A stretch of DNA of 64,000 bases from a virus. The DNA lies in the IMG/VR virus record IMGVR_UViG_3300018421_000015, positions 1-64,000 of that record. One strand, 5' to 3'. Numbering within the stretch: position 1 is the stretch's first letter; each line of letters begins with the position of its first letter. Shown here in pieces: positions 1 through 9,349 of this stretch. The translations under genes were made by a program, and so were the position numbers. The notes below the pieces were generated by a model. That model was not told the DNA's origin. It searched no databases and was given only the letters and a program-made list of their open reading frames with translations.

Positions 1-218
1 ACATTGTTTTGTGGGGGGGACCCGGCGAAGCCGGGGGGGACCCAAAGGTAAAGATTTGAATGACAAAGGAGTAATTTCGAACACACGTTCTATGCGTGTG
101 TAAAAAAAATTACTATAGACCTTTAGTCATGAAAATCTACCCTTCGGCGTGCAACGCCCGAGCACTTATGATATACTCTACTACGTAGACGAGAAACCTA
201 CCAAAGGAGTACATACAG

Positions 219-434
219 ATGCCACGGCAGCATCAGAGCAAGGCAGTGAAGAAAGCGTTCAAGGAACTTGAGCGATTAGGATTCAATGTCACTCAAAAGA
301 AATCTGGATCATACACAATACTCCCTCCCTCCAATGTGGATGGTCCAATATACAACACTCATGGGACAGAGTCCGCACTCCATCCTATGAGACGGGATTT
401 CAAACGTATGTATAACATAGAGTTAAATATATAA
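219..434 (+). CDS. small basic protein, possibly HicA-like (dsRBD fold)
   Basis: 71 aa with SD AAGGAG; LERLGFNVTQKKSGS..THG resembles the HicA pattern, but the canonical GSH is GSY. Confidence 0.35.
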   Translation: MPRQHQSKAVKKAFKELERLGFNVTQKKSGSYTILPPSNVDGPIYNTHGTESALHPMRRDFKRMYNIELNI

Positions 435-944
435 TATTATTTAGCTCAAAGGTTTTTGCGTCCGGGGTACATCCCGGTGGGGCTGTAGGTGGTCCGGTCC
501 CATCGGGAAACCCTTCCCGGCATTCAATGTATTATTTCTCTATATATAGGGAATAATAAACACCGGCCCGTAAAAAACATCATAATGCATAGTTGCATGC
601 CCATATTCTATATATAGAGAGTATATATAGAGTATAAACAAACCTAGAGGCATACTATCCCAAAAATTGTTAAACAAACCCCCAAAAACGTCTTTTGCAG
701 GGGGGTGCCCATATATTTTCTGTATGATTGTTTAATATTCTATGCCTCATTCCCCTTATTCCTATCCCCTAGGTATCATATTAGTATGATCTCTGGATCA
801 AATGATCCACTTATACCTATTCCCCTACCATCCCTATATCCCTCCATATATCTACCATATACATTAGTTCTATATATATAGTTCTACTTAGCAATGTTTT
901 TCCCCGGCGGGGTGCATACAAAACAATACCTGAAAGGATATACT

Positions 945-1142
945 ATGCTTTCTATTACACCTATCAAGACTATTATCACTAGAGTTAGCACATGGGCACG
1001 TACTAATGTGCCTGATGATTATAATAATTCATCACGTATGGTTTATTTTAACAAAGCTTTTGTTGCCGGGATCATCACCAAAGACGAACTCGAAGACGCA
1101 AGGATTTACTACGGTCGTCTTTGGGACTACACAGGAGACTGA
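945..1142 (+). CDS. hypothetical protein
   Basis: ATG at 945 after SD GAAAGGA; start moved from the track's 894. Confidence 0.6.
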   Translation: MLSITPIKTIITRVSTWARTNVPDDYNNSSRMVYFNKAFVAGIITKDELEDARIYYGRLWDYTGD

Positions 1143-1143
1143 T

Positions 1144-1491
1144 ATGGATCCCAACAACATGCAAGATATCGGCATTATCGCCATGAAAAAGCAGAGATAC
1201 TGGATGCCACAGTGGCAAGTTGAACTTTGCCACGGCACTCCCGGTAGTGCTGCTATCATGACGGATATTATTCACGTAACCAAGAAATGGGAACGTGTAG
1301 AAGCAGCTATCGAAGAACTTAGAGAAAAAGCATGGACATACCCACAACACGAACGTGGTGAATGGTTTGTCATTGTAACTGAGCTAGCTGCTGTAGCAAA
1401 AGGCACCTACACATTCCCTCAATCATCTGAAGAACTAATCGACCAAATTTGGGAGAAATACGGCCAATCAACTATGCACGATGTGCAATAG
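1144..1491 (+). CDS. hypothetical protein
   Basis: ATG just after the previous stop, SD AGGAGA. Confidence 0.6.
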   Translation: MDPNNMQDIGIIAMKKQRYWMPQWQVELCHGTPGSAAIMTDIIHVTKKWERVEAAIEELREKAWTYPQHERGEWFVIVTELAAVAKGTYTFPQSSEELIDQIWEKYGQSTMHDVQ

Positions 1492-1505
1492 CAAGGACTA
1501 ACATT

Positions 1506-1727
1506 ATGGCATATCATATACCACTTTTAATGACACTTCAAGCTGAACCACCAAAATATGACTGCAACTATGAATTGTTTCTTGTTCAAAAGCAAGATGT
1601 TCGCCGTTATGCCAGAAAGCATCGTCTCACACATTTACCTATCAGCAGACAATGGGAAATGTGCGAAGACGTTAGTCCTTGGGAGCTTGACAACGCAAAA
1701 TACTACTACGGAAAAGAATGGGAATAA
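1506..1727 (+). CDS. hypothetical protein
   Basis: SD AAGGA, tandem packing. Confidence 0.55.
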   Translation: MAYHIPLLMTLQAEPPKYDCNYELFLVQKQDVRRYARKHRLTHLPISRQWEMCEDVSPWELDNAKYYYGKEWE

Positions 1728-1731
1728 CATT

Positions 1732-2010
1732 ATGTCACAAAACAATATGATTTCATTCATTACACTCACTGATATCCTTGGTCAAAAAGTTGAGCTCAAC
1801 CCGGCATTCATCGTTTATATGATGAGAGACGTGACTGAAACAGATGCAGGTGCAATGATCCCATTCACCAACATCTCACTTTCTTCTGGTCCAAACATTT
1901 ATGTGATGGAAACACCAGAAGAAATCAGCAATCTTCAAATGCAAACCATTGCCAAAGCAATGGCAGCACTCATGCCAATGATGCAAGACGTTATGGAGGA
2001 GTTAGACTAA
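1732..2010 (+). CDS. hypothetical protein (FlbD-like small beta protein)
   Basis: FITLTD..G.KVELNP.FI..M....T.I.LSSG..IYVMETPEEI resembles the FlbD/DUF1078-type pattern. Confidence 0.5.
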   Translation: MSQNNMISFITLTDILGQKVELNPAFIVYMMRDVTETDAGAMIPFTNISLSSGPNIYVMETPEEISNLQMQTIAKAMAALMPMMQDVMEELD

Positions 2011-2395
2011 TGACTTTCTACGTTACACGTAAAGAAAAGGTTCTTTTCTGGGGTAAGCTTTCTGAATGCGTTACATTTATAGGCGAAGTCCTTCCGCGTC
2101 AAGCTGGATGTGACATTACCTATAAAGACAATCTTACATTGGAGCAACAGGAATGGTTACACAAGATCAAAAAGAATCTACACTCATCAGCAAACATCCA
2201 GTGAACTATTACGCTGTATATTCTGTCAAGAATCAGGCCATTATCTACATTGGTACAGATACTGAATGCAAAAGGTACATACAACAACATGAACTAGACG
2301 AATGCGAAGTCTGGCATATCCATGACGTAGCAATACATACTAAGCCACTATACCTACAGAACATGGAGTAAAATGTACTTCCTATATGGCACATT

Positions 2396-2404
2396 TGCTA
2401 TAAT
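2396..2404 (+). promoter_or_regulatory. extended -10 promoter upstream of tRNA cluster
   Basis: TGCTATAAT (TGn-TATAAT) in an intergenic region. Confidence 0.55.
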
Positions 2405-2468
2405 ACTACTTGTATTAGCATACAAAGTGACACGATGGGAAGAAGAAGATCAAACCTTCTAACATTAT

Positions 2469-2542
2469 GCTCCTGTAGCTCAGTAGGATAGAGCAACGGC
2501 CTTCTAAGCCGCAGGTCGCAGGTTCGAATCCTGCCGGGAGCA
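2469..2542 (+). tRNA. tRNA-Arg(UCU)
   Basis: cloverleaf; acceptor GCTCCTG/CGGGAGC, anticodon loop CTTCTAA, T loop GGTTCGAATCC. Confidence 0.95.
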
Positions 2543-2543
2543 C

Positions 2544-2637
2544 TGGTCTGGTACATATAGCATGGTGTGCAGGGAGATCCTGCAACAACCTTTCCGTTGT
2601 GTTTGTGGTTTCATGAAACACTATATGTATCAGGCTA
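2544..2637 (+). ncRNA. structured RNA between two tRNAs
   Basis: 17-bp terminal stem 2544-2560/2621-2637 with three G-U pairs, enclosing small hairpins. Confidence 0.55.
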
Positions 2638-2641
2638 TTAA

Positions 2642-2717
2642 TCCGGGATAGCTCAGCTGGCAGAGCAGCTGACTGTTAATCAGCGGGTCGCAGGTTCGAG
2701 CCCTGCTCCCGGAGCCA
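2642..2717 (+). tRNA. tRNA-Asn(GUU)
   Basis: cloverleaf; anticodon arm GCTGA-CTGTTAA-TCAGC; encoded CCA. Confidence 0.95.
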
Positions 2718-2757
2718 CATACAAAAATAAGCATTAATCATTAACTATGGAGTTAAT

Positions 2758-3147
2758 ATGGCTAATCTTGACTTATTCAAAGACTGTGTATTTGTACAGT
2801 TTTCCCTCAAAGAAAACGGAACTCCCAATATCCCTGAAAATGGAATCAAGGAATTCGGTTTATTTCACAACTCCAAGTACACTGGAGAAAGCTTTATTGG
2901 CGTCAAAGGCGCCAGTAAATACGGTATCCGCATGCTAAAAGGATGCACCCATTGGGGCATCGTTGACGCATCAGATCCCGAAAACCCTGTGCTAATTCAT
3001 GTAGACACATATCCTAGCAAGAAACCTTCCGTAGCTAAGATTCGTAATCACTACATGATTGCACGCCAAAAAGGTCAGGTTCACATGAATCTCGTCCTTT
3101 CAGACCATAAGTCCCACTATGATATGAAGCGCAAGCACGAAAGCTGA
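2758..3147 (+). CDS. hypothetical protein
   Basis: 129 aa ORF with SD GGAG. Confidence 0.65.
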   Translation: MANLDLFKDCVFVQFSLKENGTPNIPENGIKEFGLFHNSKYTGESFIGVKGASKYGIRMLKGCTHWGIVDASDPENPVLIHVDTYPSKKPSVAKIRNHYMIARQKGQVHMNLVLSDHKSHYDMKRKHES

Positions 3148-3153
3148 TATAAC

Positions 3154-3552
3154 ATGGAAATCACTTACACTAACCCCAAGTCCAGTGCTACTCTTACCGT
3201 TACAGGTACCGCTGAGGAGCTTGCACCATTGGTGCTCCAGCTCGTCAACGACTTGCCTGTAATCCCTTCAATTACTACTTCTTCCACAAAGAAGACTTCA
3301 TCCAAGAAGACCCATTCTTCTTCTAGCTATTACAAGGATATGCGCAAGCAGATCATCGCTGATTTTGCTAACGGTCTCGACCGTGATGCTCTTGCGGACA
3401 AGTATCCTGTTAGCCGAACCAGCATTAACAAGTGGATTCGTGAAGCTAACCTTAGCACATACAAGGCCAAGAACAACAGCCGTAAGACTGCTGTTCGCAA
3501 ACCCTCTAACAACGATCTCCGTCAACGTATTGAGTCTATCTCAATTCGCTGA
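3154..3552 (+). CDS. HTH DNA-binding protein
   Basis: YYKDMRKQIIADFANGLDRDALADKYPVSRTSINKWI is a helix-turn-helix pattern. Confidence 0.65.
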   Translation: MEITYTNPKSSATLTVTGTAEELAPLVLQLVNDLPVIPSITTSSTKKTSSKKTHSSSSYYKDMRKQIIADFANGLDRDALADKYPVSRTSINKWIREANLSTYKAKNNSRKTAVRKPSNNDLRQRIESISIR

Positions 3553-3557
3553 TGGAA

Positions 3558-3647
3558 GATGTCTGTCCCCTTGAGAAGTAAAAACTTCTAGGTACTCCTT
3601 CACCTATCTCTGTCCCCCCCTTTAACTAGAGACAAGGGGCAGACATC
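3558..3647 (+). ncRNA. multi-branched structured intergenic RNA
   Basis: closing stem GATGTCTGTCCCCTTG/CAAGGGGCAGACATC with three internal hairpins. Confidence 0.45.
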
Positions 3648-3669
3648 ACAATCTTAAGAAAGACAGACT

Positions 3670-3906
3670 ATGAACACAATGACTGATATGCAAATCGAAT
3701 CAGAAATATACTCTTATTTCTCCTCGATTGCCAACACAGCCAATGCTATCAATGAACTGTCTTTGCATCTCAATTTTAAAGATCAAGATAAAGAAATTTT
3801 AGAGTTCGTAGATCAGTTCGAAGATCTGATTGTTAAACATCGAGACTCAATTAACTCTGTTCTTGATCTTTTTGTCGCTTACAAGCAATCAAAAAGACAC
3901 TCGTAA
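3670..3906 (+). CDS. hypothetical protein
   Basis: 78 aa ORF, co-oriented. Confidence 0.55.
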   Translation: MNTMTDMQIESEIYSYFSSIANTANAINELSLHLNFKDQDKEILEFVDQFEDLIVKHRDSINSVLDLFVAYKQSKRHS

Positions 3907-4067
3907 AATTGTTAAAGACCTGAATTTATACACCTTTCAGAGTCTCTATACATATATATATTATTTTTTGTAATCTAAACATTTACAAAATACACTAAAC
4001 CACTAAAAACATGTATCTACATACCTAATATTTAGATACCTTTTTATATGTTTAGGAGCAAAAAATC

Positions 4068-4394
4068 ATGTCAAAACAAGACCAAATCAATCAATTCATC
4101 GATAACAACGTAGGTAATGAATACCGCACTGCAGACCTTGCAGAGCATGTTGGATGTTCACTTCCAACTATTCTTTCATTCATCAAAAACAATGCTCACA
4201 GGTTTGAAAAGACTGGCCATGGCAAGTACTTCATCAAAGCTGAAGCTAAAACAATGACTGTATCAGAGTCATCTATCAGTGACTCTGAGCATGAAATTGA
4301 CACTGTTGTTCATGAAGAAATGACTACTGTTAGCGATGTAGTTGCACTACCAGTATACCAATCTTCGACTCCACGTCCAACGTTTGACTGGTAA
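4068..4394 (+). CDS. winged HTH protein
   Basis: YRTADLAEHVGCSLPTILSFI..FEKTGHGKY; SD AGGAG. Confidence 0.6.
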   Translation: MSKQDQINQFIDNNVGNEYRTADLAEHVGCSLPTILSFIKNNAHRFEKTGHGKYFIKAEAKTMTVSESSISDSEHEIDTVVHEEMTTVSDVVALPVYQSSTPRPTFDW

Positions 4395-4425
4395 AAATCC
4401 TCAATTACCGTTACTATAATAAGTC

Positions 4426-4613
4426 ACGCAGGAAAATTACGTAACATTACCGTAATAACTTGCTCTGCTAGACCACTTATAGTAATATGATCATTATGCC
4501 CGTTGAGGAGCGGGCATTGGGAAAATATCCCTAATTGCAGTACCAAGTATTGTGAAACGAAGGTAAGATACCGATGCCCCCTTAACAGGCATTTTTCGTT
4601 TCGCAACCTGCGT
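4426..4613 (+). ncRNA. ~190-nt structured RNA or leader upstream of the transglycosylase
   Basis: TACTATAAT at 4412-4420; closing stem ACGCAGG/CCTGCGT; internal stems ATGCCCGTT/AGCGGGCAT and TTGTGAAACGAA/TTCGTTTCGCAA. Confidence 0.5.
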
Positions 4614-4659
4614 TACACTGGCACAGAAATCCTGAGCCAGTCGCGACGAAAGGAGCGAC

Positions 4660-5388
4660 ATGAACACACTCAAAGAGATATATTTGCGTATATCTAAATA
4701 CATGCAAAATACTAAACACACTGAAATAATACCATTACCTATTGCTATAGCATTTGTTGTTATGTCAATATTGGCTATGGTATTTTTCATTAGACCACCA
4801 CATGTTGAGTCAGAAGGACTTAACTTAAATATCATATCTGAACATTATGAGGATAATCCCTATCCTCTTAATCCATTAGCAACAGAATCAATGTTTGCTG
4901 ATCAGCATGATTCAGAAGAGCTCATTCCTGCAGTACCTAAGTTACCCGAGGGTATTACCCTTGATCCTAACTTTAATGCAGTTTTGAATGATCCTGCTCG
5001 TACTGAACCATATCAACCACCAGAACCTCTACAAAGTGTTCGCATCAAGCCAGCCGAAGAACTACCTGAAGGACATTGTTCCGAATGGTATGACACAGCT
5101 CTTGATGCTGGCTGGCAGTCTGATCAGCTACAAAAACTAGGCCATATAATATATAAAGAGTCTTCTTGTCAGCACGACGTAGCTAACAAGACATACTCAT
5201 ATGGTCTAGTTCAAATTGAATGGTCCGCACATTACAAGTGGCTAGAATCAGAATTTGGCATTACTGAAAGAGAAGAGCTGTATGATCCCTATACAAACCT
5301 TCTCGTAGGTAAATGGCTATTCGATTATGCCGACATACATTATGGATGTGGTTGGCAACCATGGTACATGTCTGGAGACTGGTGCTAA
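4660..5388 (+). CDS. membrane-anchored lytic transglycosylase (SLT/Rpf-like lysozyme fold)
   Basis: N-terminal TM helix; IIYKESS catalytic Glu, YGLVQI, LYDPYTNL, GWQPW. Confidence 0.8.
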   Translation: MNTLKEIYLRISKYMQNTKHTEIIPLPIAIAFVVMSILAMVFFIRPPHVESEGLNLNIISEHYEDNPYPLNPLATESMFADQHDSEELIPAVPKLPEGITLDPNFNAVLNDPARTEPYQPPEPLQSVRIKPAEELPEGHCSEWYDTALDAGWQSDQLQKLGHIIYKESSCQHDVANKTYSYGLVQIEWSAHYKWLESEFGITEREELYDPYTNLLVGKWLFDYADIHYGCGWQPWYMSGDWC

Positions 5389-5423
5389 ATAAAAACTAAA
5401 TAACCAACTGTACATTAAAAAAC

Positions 5424-5465
5424 AGGGGGGGAAGGGTTCCTTTCAATGCCCTTCCCCCCTTTTTT
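5424..5465 (+). terminator. intrinsic terminator
   Basis: GGGGGAAGGGT...GCCCTTCCCCC hairpin followed by a T-run. Confidence 0.7.
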
Positions 5466-5504
5466 GCTACATACAAAAGATTTAAATCATCAAGAAAGGA
5501 ACAC

Positions 5505-5921
5505 ATGTTCTCATTTGTGATCGTTCTAACTCTTGCTTCGTTTCTTTTCGAGATGATGCTTGCTGCCAAGATCCCCTCTTGGCGACAGAATGCTAAGAAA
5601 TACAAGCTATTTAACCTGATTGTTTCAGTGTTATTGTCATTTGTTATGGGTATTCTGTTCGGTGCAGCGGGCCTCATCGTAATGACCGCAGCAATCCTTT
5701 CTACCATTCTTTCAATCCCCGGTTACACATTCTTGCACTGGTGCCTTGATTCTCCGCAAGCAAAGATGCATGGCGGTAATCAGTACCAATATTACAAGAA
5801 GCAGTTTGTAACCGTTATTTCCGACTTGATCAAGCTTATCTACAAGATACTTCGCATTATCACTTTCCCCATCTGGGGATCTCGTGCACTCATGCAGAAG
5901 TACAAAGCTTTCAAGTCTTAA
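5505..5921 (+). CDS. membrane protein
   Basis: several hydrophobic helices; SD GAAAGGAA. Confidence 0.7.
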   Translation: MFSFVIVLTLASFLFEMMLAAKIPSWRQNAKKYKLFNLIVSVLLSFVMGILFGAAGLIVMTAAILSTILSIPGYTFLHWCLDSPQAKMHGGNQYQYYKKQFVTVISDLIKLIYKILRIITFPIWGSRALMQKYKAFKS

Positions 5922-5968
5922 TATTTTTTAGTGCATACAAAACAATAATCATAAAGAAGGAGTAACAC

Positions 5969-8482
5969 ATGCAAAGAATCTACAAACCAGAACTGCGTCT
6001 CCAAGCCACCGATGATGGCCCTCTTCGCGGTGGTGACGGATACCAATTCGGTTTCTATGACTCCGGTGTCATGCGTCAGATTCTCGATAACTATGGTGGA
6101 GAGTACAAGATTTGGACTCTCCCAATCCCTGTTAACAACTACGAATACAGCAAAGCTGTCAAATATGTCAGCAATCCCAAAGTTCAATACGCTCTTGTCG
6201 ATAAAGATAAGATCGTATTCTGTGTGATCGAAAACTCTCCAGGATGGATGTCTGCCCTGAATGAACTCGGTTACGAGGTCTTTTCAGGCGATAAGACCAA
6301 CAAGCGTCTTAAGTCTCATCATCGTCCTACGCTGCTCAACGCAGAGTTTGGCCCCGATGAACTTAAGCTTATGCTTGTTGCTCATGATGAGTTTAGTCGT
6401 TACATCTTCCTTGGACCTAACCCAAATGCACCCGAAGAATACTGTAACCCTGGTGTTGCAGAACGTCTTCTTGACGGTGGCTTTGTGATCTCCCGGCGCA
6501 TTGTTCAACGCGCAGTAGAGAACCTTCCTATGTACCACCCTACTTCATCTATTGATGCAGCAGAGTATTATTATGACCCTCGTATCCGTTCGCGTATTGT
6601 AAACAATCTCTTGAATGCCCATGTTCTTAATGCTCGCATTGAGTTCGAAATGGGCTTTTTGAAGGGTAACTGTATTGTCTCTGACAATCTCCCTGAAGGT
6701 GTCGATATCTTGACTAGCGATGCCAATATCAAGCAGGAGATTAAATACAACAACGGATTTCGTTTCCTTGCAGAGCCACAAGGCCCTAAGGAAAAGGTCA
6801 TTACTGACGACCAGACTGTTATCAACTTTCCCAAGCTATTCCGCAAGAGCGACATGGATATGTGGCTCACCGAGGAATACAAGAAGCAGTATGAAAAAGC
6901 TATCAATGGTGAACTTCTCACCAACTGGCAGTATATTTATCAGCGTAACTGGCGTGATAACGAGAGCCTCGATGACAACGAAGCTCGAGCACGCACACAG
7001 TATGTAGGTTATCGCTGGACTGCAGCAGGGTTTAACATTACTCAATCACCATGGCTTATGGAAACAGTGTCCATCTCCCATGCCAAGCCTCTTGAATATC
7101 GGATTCCTATCCCATGTTCTGTCTACGAACAAGTGATTCCTGAATCATTTATTCGTATGGCAGGATATGACTTTCAAGTAGAGCCAGGTCAGATTCGACG
7201 TCACTCCGAAGTTGGAGTTCATGTCGTTAATGACCTCGATTGGCTAGAGATGTACGAGTCTCATGGTGGTCACGACGAGGACGACTTCTTCAAGTTGTTC
7301 TATCGTGAATTTGAAAGTGGCCCTATTGAAGGTAAGAAAGTTGTAGCTGTTCGTTCACCAAACGGCTTTGGCGAATATTCAATCTTTGACTATGTTGAAG
7401 GTGAATGGTCGCCAACCTGGCTTAAGTCAGATGGAACCGAAGTTAAGTTCCCTAAAGTAAATGGACGTGGCTGGCCTAAGCGTCTCAGTGAAGCAACACT
7501 TTCATCTGAGGTGCACTACAAAGGTCTGCCATCCCTCACTCAGCCAAAAGAAAAGCGAGAAGGACCATATACTCAAGAAGATGTCTTGAGAGATATCCGT
7601 ATTGCTATGGCTGGTGGAAACGTTGGTAGTTTCGTTAATGCATGTATGATGCATTCTTCTGTCATTGGTAAGCATCGTCCACTACAACTCTGCTCGTTGG
7701 AGGATGCCATCGACAAGTGTATCAACCCTGATCACGAACTCGATGTTAAAGCCATTGACCAAGAAGCTCAGAACATGTTCCGCGAAGTTATCGAATATGG
7801 TAAGCCCATTGACCGTAACTTGTGGTACAACCGTGGTAGCCAGCGTTATCTCAAGCAAGGCGAAGAAATTGAATTGTATGATGGTAAAATCACACAACTC
7901 AATAATCTTTGCTACACCCACTTCAATAACTACTGTAATGATATTCGTATGTGGTCGCAAGAGAACGCTCAACCGCCAGAAATTATCCACGAACTCGGTC
8001 GTCGTTTCTACACTTGGGCTCTGCCCATCTTGAGGGACTTCCGTAAAGGTGTGTATAATACAAACTCTTCAGAAGTTACAGCTGCCTCTGGTGCCATTGA
8101 GCGCACCAACTGGGAACATCTTTACCAGCAGCTTGTAAATAAGATTGAGTCTTTCGAACGTATTGAGGACATGTATGACTTCGTCATTGCCTTGTACTCA
8201 GCTACGATTCTCACACCTACCACTCAGGGTAAGATTTCGGATCAAGTTGTAATGAACCGCTTTGTCTTTCCTTATTTGGAGCATGCTCTTCAGTTTTATG
8301 GTATTGCTGCCCGTGCAGTATACAACCAGGAAAAGAAGAAGTTTAACCAAACCTATTCTTGTAGCTGGCAGTGGACCAACGCTGACGGCGAACTGGTTGA
8401 ATACAACGATCCTGTTGAGTTCCAAATGGCCCATTCGAACGATTCACCAATCGATTTCAGAATGCCCGCTCCAACCTCTTGA
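5969..8482 (+). CDS. single-subunit two-barrel (YonO/eukaryotic RdRP-like) RNA polymerase, divergent
   Basis: motifs LDGGFVIS, NAR....FLKG, RIPIP, GGHDEDD, VRSP, NVGSFVNA and DAID match the DG.G.IS, R..G.KG, DxDGD, RxP, G.i.N and AVD motifs of this family. Confidence 0.65.
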   Translation: MQRIYKPELRLQATDDGPLRGGDGYQFGFYDSGVMRQILDNYGGEYKIWTLPIPVNNYEYSKAVKYVSNPKVQYALVDKDKIVFCVIENSPGWMSALNELGYEVFSGDKTNKRLKSHHRPTLLNAEFGPDELKLMLVAHDEFSRYIFLGPNPNAPEEYCNPGVAERLLDGGFVISRRIVQRAVENLPMYHPTSSIDAAEYYYDPRIRSRIVNNLLNAHVLNARIEFEMGFLKGNCIVSDNLPEGVDILTSDANIKQEIKYNNGFRFLAEPQGPKEKVITDDQTVINFPKLFRKSDMDMWLTEEYKKQYEKAINGELLTNWQYIYQRNWRDNESLDDNEARARTQYVGYRWTAAGFNITQSPWLMETVSISHAKPLEYRIPIPCSVYEQVIPESFIRMAGYDFQVEPGQIRRHSEVGVHVVNDLDWLEMYESHGGHDEDDFFKLFYREFESGPIEGKKVVAVRSPNGFGEYSIFDYVEGEWSPTWLKSDGTEVKFPKVNGRGWPKRLSEATLSSEVHYKGLPSLTQPKEKREGPYTQEDVLRDIRIAMAGGNVGSFVNACMMHSSVIGKHRPLQLCSLEDAIDKCINPDHELDVKAIDQEAQNMFREVIEYGKPIDRNLWYNRGSQRYLKQGEEIELYDGKITQLNNLCYTHFNNYCNDIRMWSQENAQPPEIIHELGRRFYTWALPILRDFRKGVYNTNSSEVTAASGAIERTNWEHLYQQLVNKIESFERIEDMYDFVIALYSATILTPTTQGKISDQVVMNRFVFPYLEHALQFYGIAARAVYNQEKKKFNQTYSCSWQWTNADGELVEYNDPVEFQMAHSNDSPIDFRMPAPTS

Positions 8483-8530
8483 CGTGTACCCCCTAGCCCT
8501 CACCCACATGGGCTAGGGGGATACCGTCAA
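8479..8530 (+). terminator. strong hairpin after the polymerase gene (terminator or processing site)
   Basis: CCCCCTAGCCC/GGGCTAGGGGG stem extended by TTGACG/CGTCAA; no U-tract. Confidence 0.5.
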
Positions 8531-8551
8531 CCAACCACATTCCTATTATAT

Positions 8552-8800
8552 ATGATCACGCATATTGTTGTCAACCGGAACCATCAAGTAGCTTCCGGTA
8601 AAACAAGAAAATTATTAAACAAACATGGATCCATATTCGAATTACTTAAATACGGATATGAACATTCAGGCCAACGCCAAGAAGAAATACTTATTAAAAG
8701 TATAACTACAGGCTGGTCTGGATGGCTCTCGGTATCGGAGATAACATATGAAGAATACAATGGTCCTCTTAATCGAGAATCATTTTCATCAAATTTATAA
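8552..8800 (+). CDS. hypothetical protein
   Basis: 82 aa ORF, co-oriented. Confidence 0.5.
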   Translation: MITHIVVNRNHQVASGKTRKLLNKHGSIFELLKYGYEHSGQRQEEILIKSITTGWSGWLSVSEITYEEYNGPLNRESFSSNL

Positions 8801-9248
8801 ACGTGTAAGCGGATACGCTTACCACCAAGGTCATCCCTCACCCGAAGATGCAGCAATGGATGCAATATCTCAAGCATTGCGCCATTCCACTAAGTTTGAA
8901 GGTGACCTTGAAAACCTAGTCAGTTACATTATCGGCATTACGCGCTATGATATTATAGATCATCGTCGCAGCATGACTATTAAACCTACTGCTAACGTAT
9001 CAGTTTATGATCTTCAAGATTCTGATGCACCCACTTATTGTGATGAGTATTTTAAGTATCAATATCTTTATAATATAAAGAAAATGATAAAAGCACTCGA
9101 TCAAGCAGAATCAGATGCCATCATTGCTAAATATCTTTATGACATGACAGATGATGAAGCAGCCAGGTTTACCAAGAGAAGCTCTAAGTATCTACGCAGA
9201 GCCAGATCTACTGCATATAAAAAATTGCGTCGTCTTGTGGCGCATTAA
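8748..9248 (+). CDS. ECF-type sigma-70 factor
   Basis: region 2 (PEDAAMDA...SYIIGITRYDIIDHRR) and region 4 HTH (MTDDEAA...RARSTAYKKLR). Confidence 0.75.
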   Translation: MKNTMVLLIENHFHQIYKRVSGYAYHQGHPSPEDAAMDAISQALRHSTKFEGDLENLVSYIIGITRYDIIDHRRSMTIKPTANVSVYDLQDSDAPTYCDEYFKYQYLYNIKKMIKALDQAESDAIIAKYLYDMTDDEAARFTKRSSKYLRRARSTAYKKLRRLVAH

Positions 9249-9349
9249 AAAAAATGCCAATAGGCATCTAATCCCACTACTGTCTAGCTAAAAAGTCACA
9301 AGCCGACTAAACAAAGCTAACCAGTTCCAATTAGAAAGTATATTATATT

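Noticed and set aside
219-434. Complete HicAB toxin-antitoxin module
   Set aside because: The HicA resemblance is weak (GSY rather than GSH) and there is no adjacent HicB.
4426-4659. c-di-AMP (ydaO) riboswitch
   Set aside because: The gene context fits, but the conserved riboswitch blocks could not be found in order.
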